63,703 nucleotides of DNA, filler included, from Lenisia limosa (GCA_001655205.1; 9 parts of 9 records of this genome joined end to end with filler, not necessarily neighbours in it); one strand, 5' to 3'. Shown: positions 47,001-58,656, counted from the whole stretch's first letter. Made by a program: numbers and translations. Notes: a model not told the origin generated them from the sequence alone.

Positions 47001-50000
47001 AGGGCAAGTCAATAACCATACCAGTCCGAATAAGGCAAGTCGAGTGTAGCAGGGCAAGGCCCAGAGTCAAACGCCGCATTTCAGAGGGGAACGTTGCAAA
47101 TTCCTCTCTTCTGCAAAGGTAAATTAAGGGGATCATAGATGGACAATACCTCAGGTCACTGAACACGCGCGTTAGATGTGCCTTTAGTCCCTTTGGCGGT
47201 TCAACCGTGATTCGGACAGAGATCTAGGAAGTGAGTTTCTACGCACGAAGCTGTGACTAACCTCTGCCAATTTCTGGGGGAAAGCGTCGCAGGGCTTGGT
47301 GGTCAGCCATAATCTGGGGGGTAAAACGAAGATAGCACGGCATCAGCCAATGCAGGAGGCAGATTATGACGTACCTGAAGTCTTGATGCACAACACCCGG
47401 GGGTGGCAGGGTACTCGCAGCCACTCTATCTCTAGGAACTGCCCCGGCCTGGAGTTGCTCAATCTAGGGCCGGGTGATGTTTAACGCATAGCCTTGTTCA
47501 TAGGGTATGATGTTCTTCATATAAGACCCATCATATTGTGAGTGCATAAAGACCACGCACCCAGGGCAGCAGGGTGGCCTTGAGCCAAGCGGGGGCAAGG
47601 TCCACCGTCTGCAACACCAGCCACGATCCAGCTTTGGCCGCCTCCGATATTGCCTTTCCAACAGCCTGGTCTAGAGGGTTAGGCATATTACAGAAAAGCA
47701 CGCAGTAGGATTGGGTACATCCCTTGGCCAAGTCCCATGGACACATCAACATACCTTGGCCGAGTCCCATGGAGAGGATCCGCAGCCTGCCGAGCGTAGC
47801 CTTTTGTCTTGCAAGGCTGGAGATGTAGGGGACGGGATCACTGCCATGGCCAAGGATCACAGCGATCGGTTTTGTACTGCTCGACTCTCTCCTAAAACGT
47901 TACACCGTCACACAGCTGGTCTAAAAGCAGCCCCCCACAGAGTTCGTGCAATGTCCATGGGAGATTCCGAGGTAAATTCAGAGCCCAGAGTGTCCGTAAC
48001 CAGCGCTGTGGCTGCTATATGCAATTGGACGGGGGATACAGCCTGGGGAGGGGGGGTCAAGAGAGGTTAATGGGTAAATATTTGAAGTGAAACGCAATTG
48101 GCCAAACCTGGATGAAGAGCAGGGCGACGAATGGGGTGAAGACAGAAGCGTCATGTGCAGGAAGATGGTCAAATCTGAGAGGTCAGCAATTCCTAGAGCA
48201 TGATTGCGACCAACACCCACGCGGAAAGGATGGAAGAGGGTTGGTGCGGGTTGCGGATGTCAGCCAACACACGTGGCCATAAGTGCGGGGCTGACTGCAG
48301 GGCTCTAAAGCGTAAACCAAAACGGGAGCAGCGTTCATCTATTAGCCCACAAAGATTCCTAGTACCCCCTTTCCCCCACTGTGCCACTTCAGCGCATCCT
48401 GGAAGGGTACAGAGGCCCTGAATTGCCGGCCAAGCTTTTTCGGGGATGAACGAGGGACACGCTGTATTGGCAAGGCTGGACTCCTGCGGTACTGTTAGCA
48501 TTCAACATGGTAACGTCCTTATACAGTAGGGGCAAAAGTCCCATACCATTTTCTTGACTTCGGTTCCGGAGAGGAGGGCATGCCAAAGTTCCTTGCTTAG
48601 TCGGCCGTCAGACATCAGAACATTTCCTGTTAATTGCATGGCAAATACAAGCTGAAAGTGTAAGAGACCATAAGGACTGTTTAAGTGATGTGTTCACAGC
48701 CCACCTTGGTTTTCAGTTCGAGGCCCTGGTTGACCTCGGTAAAGACTTTAAACATCACGGCCAAGGCAAGGGTTTTGGGCGACTCTTCTCCAATCACCCC
48801 TGTTGTAAGGGCCTGGGGGNNNNNNNNNNNNNNNNNNNNNNNNNNNNNNNNNNNNNNNNNNNNNNNNNNNNNNNNNNNNNNNNNNNNNNNNNNNNNNNNN
48901 NNNNNNNNNNNNNNNNNNNNNNNNNNNNNNNNNNNNNNNNNNNNNNNNNNNNGACGAAGTTGTTCAGAGACATGCGAGCGAGCGGCGACACCTAAACCGT
49001 AACGGATATCGAAGTGTGTCTCCACGCACCCTGGATATACTGACAGTGGCCATGTATAGTGCCACGCCTCTTCGAGCAACAGGACGGTACACTGCCCGGA
49101 CCGCCAGGAGAGACTGCTCCGACTTCCGAGAATCCGAGATCCTAGTGGGTGACTATGGTTTATATTATGAGTGTACAATACGCTGTAGAGTTGTCCAATG
49201 TGGGAATAAGGCTTCTCCAAAGACAACACAGCAGAATACATACCTGGTGACAATATCCCGGGAAACTTGTTTACTCGCAGCTAAAGTCTCGAGGAGTGCT
49301 GGGGGGGGGGGTGAACAGATGACGAAGCGTCATGTNNNNNNNNNNNNNNNNNNNNNNNNNNNNNNNNNNNNNNNNNNNNNNNNNNNNNNNNNNNNNNNNN
49401 NNNNNNNNNNNNNNNNNNNNNNNNNNNNNNNNNNNNATCGATAGCTTTCGACGATTTATCGAGAAATTCAGTCTTTTTTCGAATTGAAGTGAAGCCCTAC
49501 TCGTGACATAGCTTGGAAGCCTGATAGCCCAGCCCACAAATGTCATCAACTAGGTTCTCAAGCTCAGCCTGGGCTAAAAGCTTCAGAATCTGCGCCCGTG
49601 TCTTCTGCAGCTTTGTGTCATCTTCACCTTGCTGGAAGGGGGTGACTACGACTGTCTGAATTCAAACCCAATAAACTGCCATTATCAGTTCTCCTGCCAA
49701 CGACAGATATGATGGGCATGGCCAACGACAGATATGAGAGGCATGGGCATACCTGTGTGATCAATTTGAGTCTGAGCTGGTGGAGGTCCGGCCGCTGCTG
49801 CTGAACAGTCGAGTCCAGAAGCCTCTCCTCCACAGAGGTCCATGAGGGCCTGCGGAGTGAGGGGTGTGGTGTTAGTAAAGAAGGATACTAATAGCATTGC
49901 AAGCCGCCTACGTGAAAACAATAACCGAAACTCTGGTGTAGACAGCTGGTGATATCTGTGGAACCTGGTTCTGAAGCATGACCAATGTTATTAATGGGTA

Positions 50001-52134
50001 CATTAACAGCAGTGCTATCCTCTCAATTACTGCAAGCATTCCGTCTACATGCCACATTCATAAAAGGACTAAACCGTCCATGTACTAAGGACTAAACTGT
50101 CCATGAACTAAGGACTAACCAGATGACGGTGTGTTTAGATTTGCCCAAAGCGAGAAAAGTCCAAAGACGCACCTGTGACAGCAGCACCAGCCGGAAGTCC
50201 GCGGAATACTCCACCTCTACGTCTCCGACCAGAACGGTTTTCGGTTGTCTGCGGGTGAGAATGGCGTAGAATTCATCTCAACCCGTTAGACCCACTTATT
50301 ATGAGCAATCGAGTGACTCGGACGGCTCATTTCAAGAAGTGGCAGCAGAATCTGAGGGAGGGTAAAGGAAAAACGATATCAGACACACCTCTTGACTCTG
50401 CCTTTCCTAGCAAAAAGCTCAAAGAAAAAGAAGAGCGTTATCAATAATACAACTATCACCAATTAATATCAGCATAATTACAGCGTACTCCATGATAAAA
50501 TAACTTTAGGGCGATATTCTTCATCCATGATGAAAAAACTTTAGGCCTACATACCTGGGGCATGGCCTCTATTTTGTCCACAATGACAGTGACCCCTGCG
50601 GTGGCCGCGTTGGTCAGTGTTCGGCCTAGTTTAGGCGAGCTCGCCTGGGGGGTGGGGGTGATATCTCAATTCTAAGGCTTCCAATGGCAAGCCTACTTCA
50701 CCACTTCCACATACGGCAAGCCTACTTCACCTTCCATATACGGCAAGCCTACCTTGACCCATTCAGCATTGGGGAAGGTGTCCTTGAGCCATGAGCGGGA
50801 CTGATCTTCGGGATCCACAATTAATGGCCACCTGGGGGGTAAGGTTACGCCCATTGGATTGGTCCAACCTGAGGGAGGCCAGCACCATGGCTGCACCATC
50901 GCGAGTGAAGTTGTCACTGGCGAGGTCGGCTCGGTTCCATGACCTGGGGGGGGGGGGNNNNNNNNNNNNNNNNNNNNNNNNNNNNNNNNNNNNNNNNNNN
51001 NNNNNNNNNNNNNNNNNNNNNNNNNNNNNNNNNNNNNNNNNNNNNNNNNNNNNTGTTGACTGATAACATACAAAGATTGATAACAACAAAACAAACAAGG
51101 CCCAGGCCAGTCGCTTCTGCAACACCGCATCCCATCGTCATTTACGTCTCAATTTGCCTCGGAACACCTGCCCACTTCATTTCCAAGGGGGAGTGCAGGA
51201 AGGAAGATACGCTGTACACGTCACTGGCCACGGGTATGCGATATAACTGACAATTGGACTGCCACCGCTTCTGAAGGTCCCTAAAAGGTCACAACAGCCG
51301 AAGCCCAGTCCTCCTACTTGCGCAAGTCTACAGGGAAAACGCCAAGGTAGGTAACGGATAGAGCAGCCAGCAGCGCATCTCCAATCTAAGACGGCGTAAG
51401 CACTGCAATTTTGCGGCCAGAAGTCATATCAATACACCTCAATAATAGCACCATCACCCACAATTGAGCCAACAGCCGCCTCAAGATCCTCGGCCTCCTT
51501 CGCCCACCGCGACCGCTCGTCAGCAAGGTCAGAGAGCAGGGAGGCTGGCGGTCAAAAGGGGGTACTTCGTAGCAGAACGTTTATCAAGGGTATTACCAAG
51601 AGTACAACCAGGCCTACCAGCTCTCTCCAGTCTCAGCCTTGTTTTGGCCATTTTTGCCTCCAACTGCTGTTGTGCGGCTACAGATGACTCGTGCCGTAAT
51701 CTGCGGCATCAGAAGGATGACTGTTTGGGCTTCACTGCGGTTTGAAAAATACCGGTAAAATACCAATATTTTTCGAGGATCTATCGAGAAATTCAGTCTT
51801 TTTTTGAACCGAAAAGCCCTAGTGACTGAAACTAGCCCCCACTTGAGTGCCATGACGTTCCTTTCGACACTATGAAGCTCGTCGCGCTTATCCTTCAGGG
51901 CAGCCTAATGGTGAGGGGTGAGTACTGTCAACATGGAATAAAAGTAAGGGGTTTGACTAGTCATAAAAGTGTATCAATTCATGATCGTAGATATCACGGA
52001 TGAACTACTGTTATACAGTATGAGAAGCCCCCCAACTCTCGAGATGCCAAGTTTGTCCTCGGCAGTGGCCACCTTCTCTCTCTTCGGCACCACGGATCTG
52101 ATGACGACGGCATAACGATGCACTGCTCTCACCC
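44039..52134 (-). CDS. Dynein heavy chain, C-terminal half (stalk CC2, AAA5, AAA6, C-terminal domain), divergent, probably axonemal inner-arm type; 5' part lost at contig edge
   Basis: Exons WVRAVHRYAVVIRSVVPKREK, LLSDLADERSRWAKEA, IGDALLAALSVTYLGVFP, RWPLIVDPEDQSRSWLK, VLVGDVEVEYSADFRLVL, VEERLLDSTVQQQRPDL, DPVPYISSLA...LRILSMGLGQG, GSWLVLQTVDLAPAWL, WLSSTPPNSLLLSALFFPQ/GVLTALRQ, GVYVSGLTLEGGLWD, MPVLLFKPV, TSGFHSNRIAIVLLPS, WTLQSLCLLTEE* (TAA 44039-44041). All are collinear with dynein HC consensus. Confidence 0.9.
49436..49499. mobile_element. Family A MITE, right half (left in gap)
   Basis: atttatcgagaaattcagtcttttttcgaattgaagtgaagcccta. Confidence 0.75.
51725..51821. mobile_element. Family A hAT-type MITE in dynein intron
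   Basis: TIRs present; 8-bp flanks atgactgt / gtgactga. Confidence 0.8.
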
Positions 52135-52261
52135 NNNNNNNNNNNNNNNNNNNNNNNNNNNNNNNNNNNNNNNNNNNNTTAATTAATTAANNNNNNNNNN
52201 NNNNNNNNNNNNNNNNNNNNNNNNNNNNNNNNNNTGACAGGTAAATATGGGTAAAGCAGGT

Positions 52262-54360
52262 GCAAAACAAACCTCCTTGGCATTTGCAATCACGTAATTG
52301 GCCCTCAATGAAGATTGGCTCACAGAACACGGGGTCATTTTGGGTTGCTAGGAAATTAATCTGATTACATTGTGAAGTAACACCAACAAAGAGGACATCG
52401 GCCGACACAGAACTTTTGGCCGTTGTCTGCCTCAGTCATTTTGCACTCAGAATCAGAGCATTCGCATCCGTTGAAGAAGTTAATTGCCTATAAGTGTTAG
52501 GTTACAGTAAATGGTTTAGGTTAGGGATTACATTGAATATTGGAGGATATAATACAAACCTGTCCATTTGCATCATCATATTGTCCAAAAGTAGGGACGC
52601 AGTCCAAAGCGATGCTGTCGCAGTCACCTTGACACAGCCAACCCTTTCTGGGGCTCCAGGCAGGGTAGCAATCCACACCCTGAATCAATTAATTTAACAT
52701 TGTGTTTCAGTAATACAATAATTATGTATAAAAAGATCCAATATACTCTAGAACGATTACGCATTTGCAGATGAAATGATAAATGGATAAATGGGAATGG
52801 GACTAATAGCCTAACCGGATCAGCACATCTGCACGCTTTCAGATCTCCAACACTGTCAAAGGTAGGAAGACATTTGTGAGTTTTGTTAACAGGGCAAGTA
52901 CCTACACCAATAAGCTCATAAAAATGCAAAATGGCAAATTACCTTGACACGACTTGACCCCATTTTCATTGACAAGTCTACATTGGGCTGAATGGTAATG
53001 TCGGACAATCAGAGACTAAACCAAACTTACAGAATACTGCTGGAACGATAAACAACAGTAATACCCAAAATTGGGAAAGTGTCATTGTTAAATTAACAGA
53101 GAACTTTACTTGGAAGAGCTGAGAAAGAATAGGAAGAAGAAAGAGGAAATTTCAAAAGGAAACTTCAATCGAGGAACGATGTTGCCGGTGAATTATCACT
53201 AGAATATTATCACTGTTGTATTACACAATATAAAAAGAATGTACCGTAAGATAATTCGATAATTCGATTATTCAATCTGTTATGGTCACAACATTAAAAT
53301 GGGCAACTTTCCTCGTATGGCAAGTAAACGATGGAAAAGATTTTGCGGGCCACCACACACTGCATGTGTTACAAATTAGTCGAACGGAAGCGTAATTGAT
53401 TGAACTTTCTGAGGAGAGGTGTACAAGGTCTCTTCGTGATACATTTGCGTCTACATTAGATTTCATTGTTGGGTTCCTTGATTAAAAGAAGTTAGCTATC
53501 AGATGGCCAAATGACTGAGGCTCGGTTCGGTTACTATAAAACTTGATAACGGTTCACTTTCTATCTTATTACATGGCAATTTTAACTTGTTGGTTCCATT
53601 GACCAAGCTCTGATGGTTGTAAACCTAGTCCACCACCTAGGTTACATTGAAAGGACAGGATAATTGCATACATAGATCAATATGAACAATAATAGACTGA
53701 AATAATAAAAGAAGAGTTAACGAGTATGGTGTCAAGCTGGTAATTGTACTTTGGTCAGACTTAGCAGTTACTCAGGGTTTAGCCAATTGCTGTGAGGAGT
53801 TAGGGGTACCAATTTGACAACCTATCCCAATTAGAACTCAGGCCTACGTGTGCAGGAACAGTATGGAGAGGTTCCAGCGTCTCCCCGGAACATTTTGCAT
53901 TCCTCAGTACGTGGACATACTCCAACACATAATGGAATATTCTCGTAGAACTCAAGATGGCATACTGGACAATAAGAGACTATGGAACCACTTGGTATCC
54001 AAAGTTACAATTGCTCCATCCAAAACTAACCACTGCAAGGATCTTCGGGTGGTTCACAATCGCAGCAAGTACAATGCATTAACTTGTTGTCTACAAAATG
54101 TCCGACACAATGCTAGATGTCATAAATCAGTAATCCCAAAAAGAGGTCAGCTCATGCTTGAATAAGAAATAATTTGTCATCCCTTCTCACATCTTTAGCA
54201 TTGGGGCAAGTTCCTACACAGACGTTCTTTTCTTTGCGACATGCTAATAGCGGTAAATAAACTTGAAATGCCAACTTACGATTTGGTTTGTCGAGACAAT
54301 CACATCCATTGAAGACCTTTCTACCCTCCTTAGCGTAATACAATGCTCTACATTCCTGTT
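52262..54360 (-). CDS. Protein fragment of tandem six-cysteine modules; both ends lost at contig edges
   Basis: Spliced exons: EQECRALYYAKEGRKVFNGCDC; ACRKEKNVCVGTCPNAKD/HCVGHFVDNKLMHCTC; CHLEFYENIPLCVGVCPRTEECKMFRGDAGTSPYCSC; GTCPVNKTHKCLPTFDSVGDLKACRC; CYPAWSPRKGWLCQGDCDSIALDCVPTFGQYDDANGQ/AINFFNGCEC; CKMTEADNGQKFCVGRC/ATQNDPVFCEPIFIEGQLRDCKC. Confidence 0.75.
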
Positions 54361-54944
54361 CCTACAATATAATAACAAAATAAGTTGATGGTAATCGTGG
54401 CTATTTGAGAGAAATCCGCAAACGTCATCAGGGCAGTCAGGTAAGTCACAATGCCATCCGAAAGGTTGTGNNNNNNNNNNNNNNNNNNNNNNNNNNNNNN
54501 NNNNNNNNNNNNNNTTAATTAATTAANNNNNNNNNNNNNNNNNNNNNNNNNNNNNNNNNNNNNNNNNNNNCTAGGTTACTCGAAAGGAGGGGCTGACCAA
54601 AAGAAAAAGAGAGAGAAAAAAAAACCCAGGGCTGAGGACCCCCCCTCTACCAGTAGTCTCCATAACCTGCGGAGATTGAGCCTGGGACTTGGGAGTAACC
54701 TTGAAGTAGAAGGAACCAAGAGGGAAAGAGGGAACCCCTGAATTTCGGGGAACCTATTTTCCCATTTTGGGGTCGACATCGAGACAGCAGCCGAACCTCG
54801 TAATCCCATCTCGCCGGGTGCCGGGTGTCGCGGCTGCTTCATGGTTTTTCTTGTTTCTTGCTTCGCAGTTTTCAAGTTCTCTTTCTTTCAATAATATTTT
54901 CAAAATTTCAATACTGAGAGGGACGTCGGAGGGTATCCTACAAA

Positions 54945-57900
54945 ATGGCCACAATGGCTCAGTTCTTCCTTTTATTTTTCGGGTTCATCCTCTTCATTAA
55001 TGCATCTCCTTTGTGAGTTTTTTAAATGATTTATTATTATTATATTGTAATATTGTATCCTTGTTTGTTGAATTTTCGAATCACAACTTCAGTAAGCAAT
55101 CTTCAGATGGAAATGCTGTCATTGATAATGTCGATGTAACCGGTTTGTCAGGCCATTAGTCCTGTTAACTCTTCCAGATCTTTCAGTGCAGACCATCAAC
55201 TCTATTCCGGCTGTAAATTACATTAGCAAGGATTTGGTATGACAATAACACACAACTTCACTGCTGCAATTAAACTCTAATTTGTAACTTTCAGAGAATC
55301 AATTCAGCTTATGTTGACTCCAATCAAACTGTTGCACTCACAGGTGAGATGATTGTTTCCATATATAACCTTATTTTTTTATTTCTATACTAATATGATA
55401 TAATATACAAATATACAGTGACCGGGTTAAGTCTTGACCGATTTGCTATCTAATTTCCAAAGGAAAATCGGTCAAGACTTATCCCGGTCACTGTATAATA
55501 TATGATATAATAGTATGTAGAAGTAAGCCCACATGCGAACTGAACTAATCAGGCCGGGAGAGGGGTAGCAATTATCCATGAGCTTATCTTTTAGACAATT
55601 GGCAGACCATGATCCGAGCTTCAATCTATGTATGTTTCGATAAGGCTCTCTTCGGTACCTGTTATATTTGAGAAAGAAAATTAACCAATTTACGAATTTA
55701 GTCCTCTGTTTCAGGATATGTAGTTGGGCGTGCCCACGTTTGTTTTGCGATGGAAGCCTCGACTGAAATCCTGTGTCGCTTCATTGGAAGAGATAGTGGG
55801 CAATTCGAAGAATTTATGATAGGGCTTCCCTTTTGTCCGAAAAAGACCGTCAAAATATCGATATTTATCTTGGACTTATCGGGAAATTCAGTCGTTTTAG
55901 GACCGTGGGAAGCCATAAAATGATGCTCCCGTACTGTGGTTTTACTTTGTAGCTGCCATCGCTTATCTTCGGATCAATGCAGCCACAAGCTCAGCGGTAC
56001 TTTCAGTCGATTTTATTGCTTTTCTTGATTCGATACATTCATTTGACACTTCAGGGTCGCTGTGTCCACTTGAGCCATAGTGCCTACGCGGCCTCAACAA
56101 CTTTTTCGGTTCGGTTCACAATATCCATACTAATCGAGTAGGTTGAATGTAAGGCGACAAGTGGCAGTGCAGTTCATGGAGGAACAGTAGATGGATTTCC
56201 AATTACTTCTTCACTCACACTAAGTTGGAAACAATTCTCTTGAATGTTAGCATAACATTCTAGTTCAAAGCCCTGGTGCTCAACTTTCTTCTAAAGCCAG
56301 TTTTGGTGCGTACTCCTGTTCCTCTCTTATTGATGACTCAGGTTCTACCTGTGGGTCTTTATTGCTCTTATCTTTCCTCTTACCATTCAGTGAACACGGT
56401 ACCGATGTCACACACTCGTCTGGAGGTGGTGACTGACATCAACTCTGTTGCCTTGGCGTTTTATGACTACTATATTGATCAAACTTCAACATGGGTTTCT
56501 CCAAAAGCAAAAATCAACAGCTTTGGTAAGGTCTCCATCTTCCAAATTTTTGAATTGGTGATTTAATCGCCTTGAACTACTGGTAAACTATAACCAAGCT
56601 TAGATGTGGATTCCATGCTAATTCACACGCAATACACTCCCAGAAGTACTGTTTCAAGCTTTTATGTTGCTGATGTTGCAAGTGGTAAGATTTGAGGTTG
56701 TTATTATTTTTTTTTGAGCAAGAGAAATAATATACTATGTTAGAAATCTTGGGAAACAAATAAATACATAGGGATACCATAAACACATTATCATACTTCC
56801 GCGCCCACGCTCTCCGCAATATTATTTGATTTTTGTACTCTTACAACAAAAGGAGAACTTGCCTCTGCTGCTCTGATGTTTGGTGTTGGGTTGGTGGGAT
56901 CTTTGTGAGGAAAGTATGTAACTCTTTCACCTATCCATTGTTAAAGTGTTTGTGATGACAGCACATATTATTTGTTTTTTTCTTCCTTAATTAATTGATA
57001 CATTTACATTCATGTTCTCAACAAAGCAGCATTACATACTTTTCAGAACATACATTTTTTTATGAAAAGATGTACAGTGACCGTGATAAATTTTGACCGA
57101 TTTGCGAATATGATTTTCAAAATAAAATCGGTCAAGACTTATCCCGGTCACTGTATATGATATATTATTATGACTTTCACAGAAAACCTACTCCCTCAGT
57201 GACCGTTCAAAACTCAATTCTCATGTCTCTTCCTGCTGAATCTTGTCGTATTGTATTCAAGTAGGTCAATGGTGAAGTTAGGGCTTCGCTACGGTCCCAA
57301 AATAGACCGAATCTCTCGATAAATCCTCGATAAATATCGATCTTTAAACGGTCTTTTTCGGACCGCAGGGATCCCCTTGGTGAAGTTGAAAGTAAACACT
57401 TGATTAACCAAAAAGAAACGAGAACCGAGACTTCGTTACAAGTACTGTTGGCTCGTAAGGGGGAGGATGTATGATACGTGATTGAACTGCTACGAAATGT
57501 TGTTCAGTGGAGAAAAACTGTTATTGGCTCCCGTTGCAGGTTAAAAATGCAAACTATGAGGTTGCAATTTCATTAATCACCTTTGTTTTCATCCCTGCCT
57601 CAATTACCTTTTTGGTATATTACTATTATAATTTACGTCTTGAACTGTTTATATCTCCTTTCACCTCCTAACCCTTCAGTGAAACCGAAATTTTCTCAAC
57701 TGGCTTGACCCTCACCACTCCTACTAAGTTCCTTATTTTGGTGAGCATTTGTTATTAAATGATCAAACAATTGGCTTTATGATGATGGTATCTGTCCGAT
57801 ACCATTTTGGTTTCACTGTTTTTTTTTTGATTGGTTATACTTTCAGCCAATCCTAACTCAAATTACGTCAACTTTTTTCCTCTTACCCCAATTGAAAATA

Positions 57901-58656
57901 TCCTGTCAGTAAATGTTCAGGCAAATGTTGGGTTTCGGAGTAGTGCTTTATGGGTACCTGTTACTCTTAGAATCAAGGTTTGTTGTATATCGAGGATTTA
58001 TCGAGAAATGCAGTTATTTTTGGGACCGTTGGGAAGCCTTTATTTTTGGAGTTGGAGGTGTTGAGGACTCAAGCTCTTATTTCGTAGTTTGACGGATCAG
58101 TCTTGTATGAGACAACTCAAGGCTCAGGCACAACCAGTGAAGATTCCCAGTTCTTTGCCTCCTGGTTTGCCTCTTTTGGGTGGACTTGAGGCCTTTTGTG
58201 CAGCTTTGTTGTGCTTGTGTGGGGATTCTGTGGCTTGTCATCTCGATTTCTCTCTCCTATTTCCCAGGGTTGGAGAACTTCCAGCAAGTGGGCAACTCTC
58301 TGTTACAGTCGAAGGAGATGCGGTAAGCTTTCATTAGGGCTTCACTTCGGTACGAAAAGTACCGGTTAAATATCGATAGTTTTCAAGGATTATCGAGAAA
58401 ATTTGTCTCTTTTCGAACCGAAATGAAGCCCTAGTTTTCATAGCTTCAGTTGAACTGTGTATTGTCCAACCCATAGGGCTTCACTTCAGTTCACAATAAG
58501 ACTGAATTTCTTGGTACTCGAAAACTATTGATATTTTACCGTTATTTTTCGAGCCGAAGTGAAGCCCGAATTGTCCAGCCCCTCACCACGTAGTTGTTCG
58601 GGTCGAATGGCTCAGAAACGCTGTGGTCTCGTGCTCTCGCCATTGTTGAGTTGTAG
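54945..58656 (+). CDS. Uncharacterised secreted beta-strand-rich protein, multi-exon
   Basis: ATG 54945 with signal-peptide-like MATMAQFFLLFFGFILFINASP; exons GNAVIDNVDVT/DLSVQTINSIPA, GYVVGRAHVCFAM, VECKATSGSAVHGG, ETEIFSTGLTLTTPTKFLIL, VGELPASGQLSVTVEGDA, LFGSNGSETLWSRALAIVEL* (TAG 58654-58656). Not every junction was verified. Confidence 0.6.
55416..55493. mobile_element. Family B Tc1/mariner-type MITE, intact (78 bp)
   Basis: TA flanks; ~28-bp TIRs cagtgaccggg(t/a)taagtcttgaccgattt with one mismatch. Confidence 0.92.
55820..55916. mobile_element. Family A MITE
   Basis: tagggcttccc...gggaagccat with the family core. Confidence 0.75.
57075..57153. mobile_element. Family B Tc1/mariner-type MITE
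   Basis: ta-cagtgaccg...cccggtcactg-ta. Confidence 0.88.
57279..57378. mobile_element. Family A hAT-type MITE with perfect 8-bp TSD
   Basis: ggtgaagt on both sides of tagggc...ccctt. Confidence 0.9.
57985..58567. mobile_element. Three more family A MITE copies (57985-58040 partial, 58335-58433, 58474-58569)
   Basis: tagggcttcacttc / gaagtgaagccc TIRs; the 58335 copy has flanks gctttcat / gttttcat. Confidence 0.85.

Noticed and set aside
52235-54470. Upstream continuation of the dynein gene
   Set aside because: Separate contig beyond a linker; exons encode Cys-rich modules, not dynein motifs.
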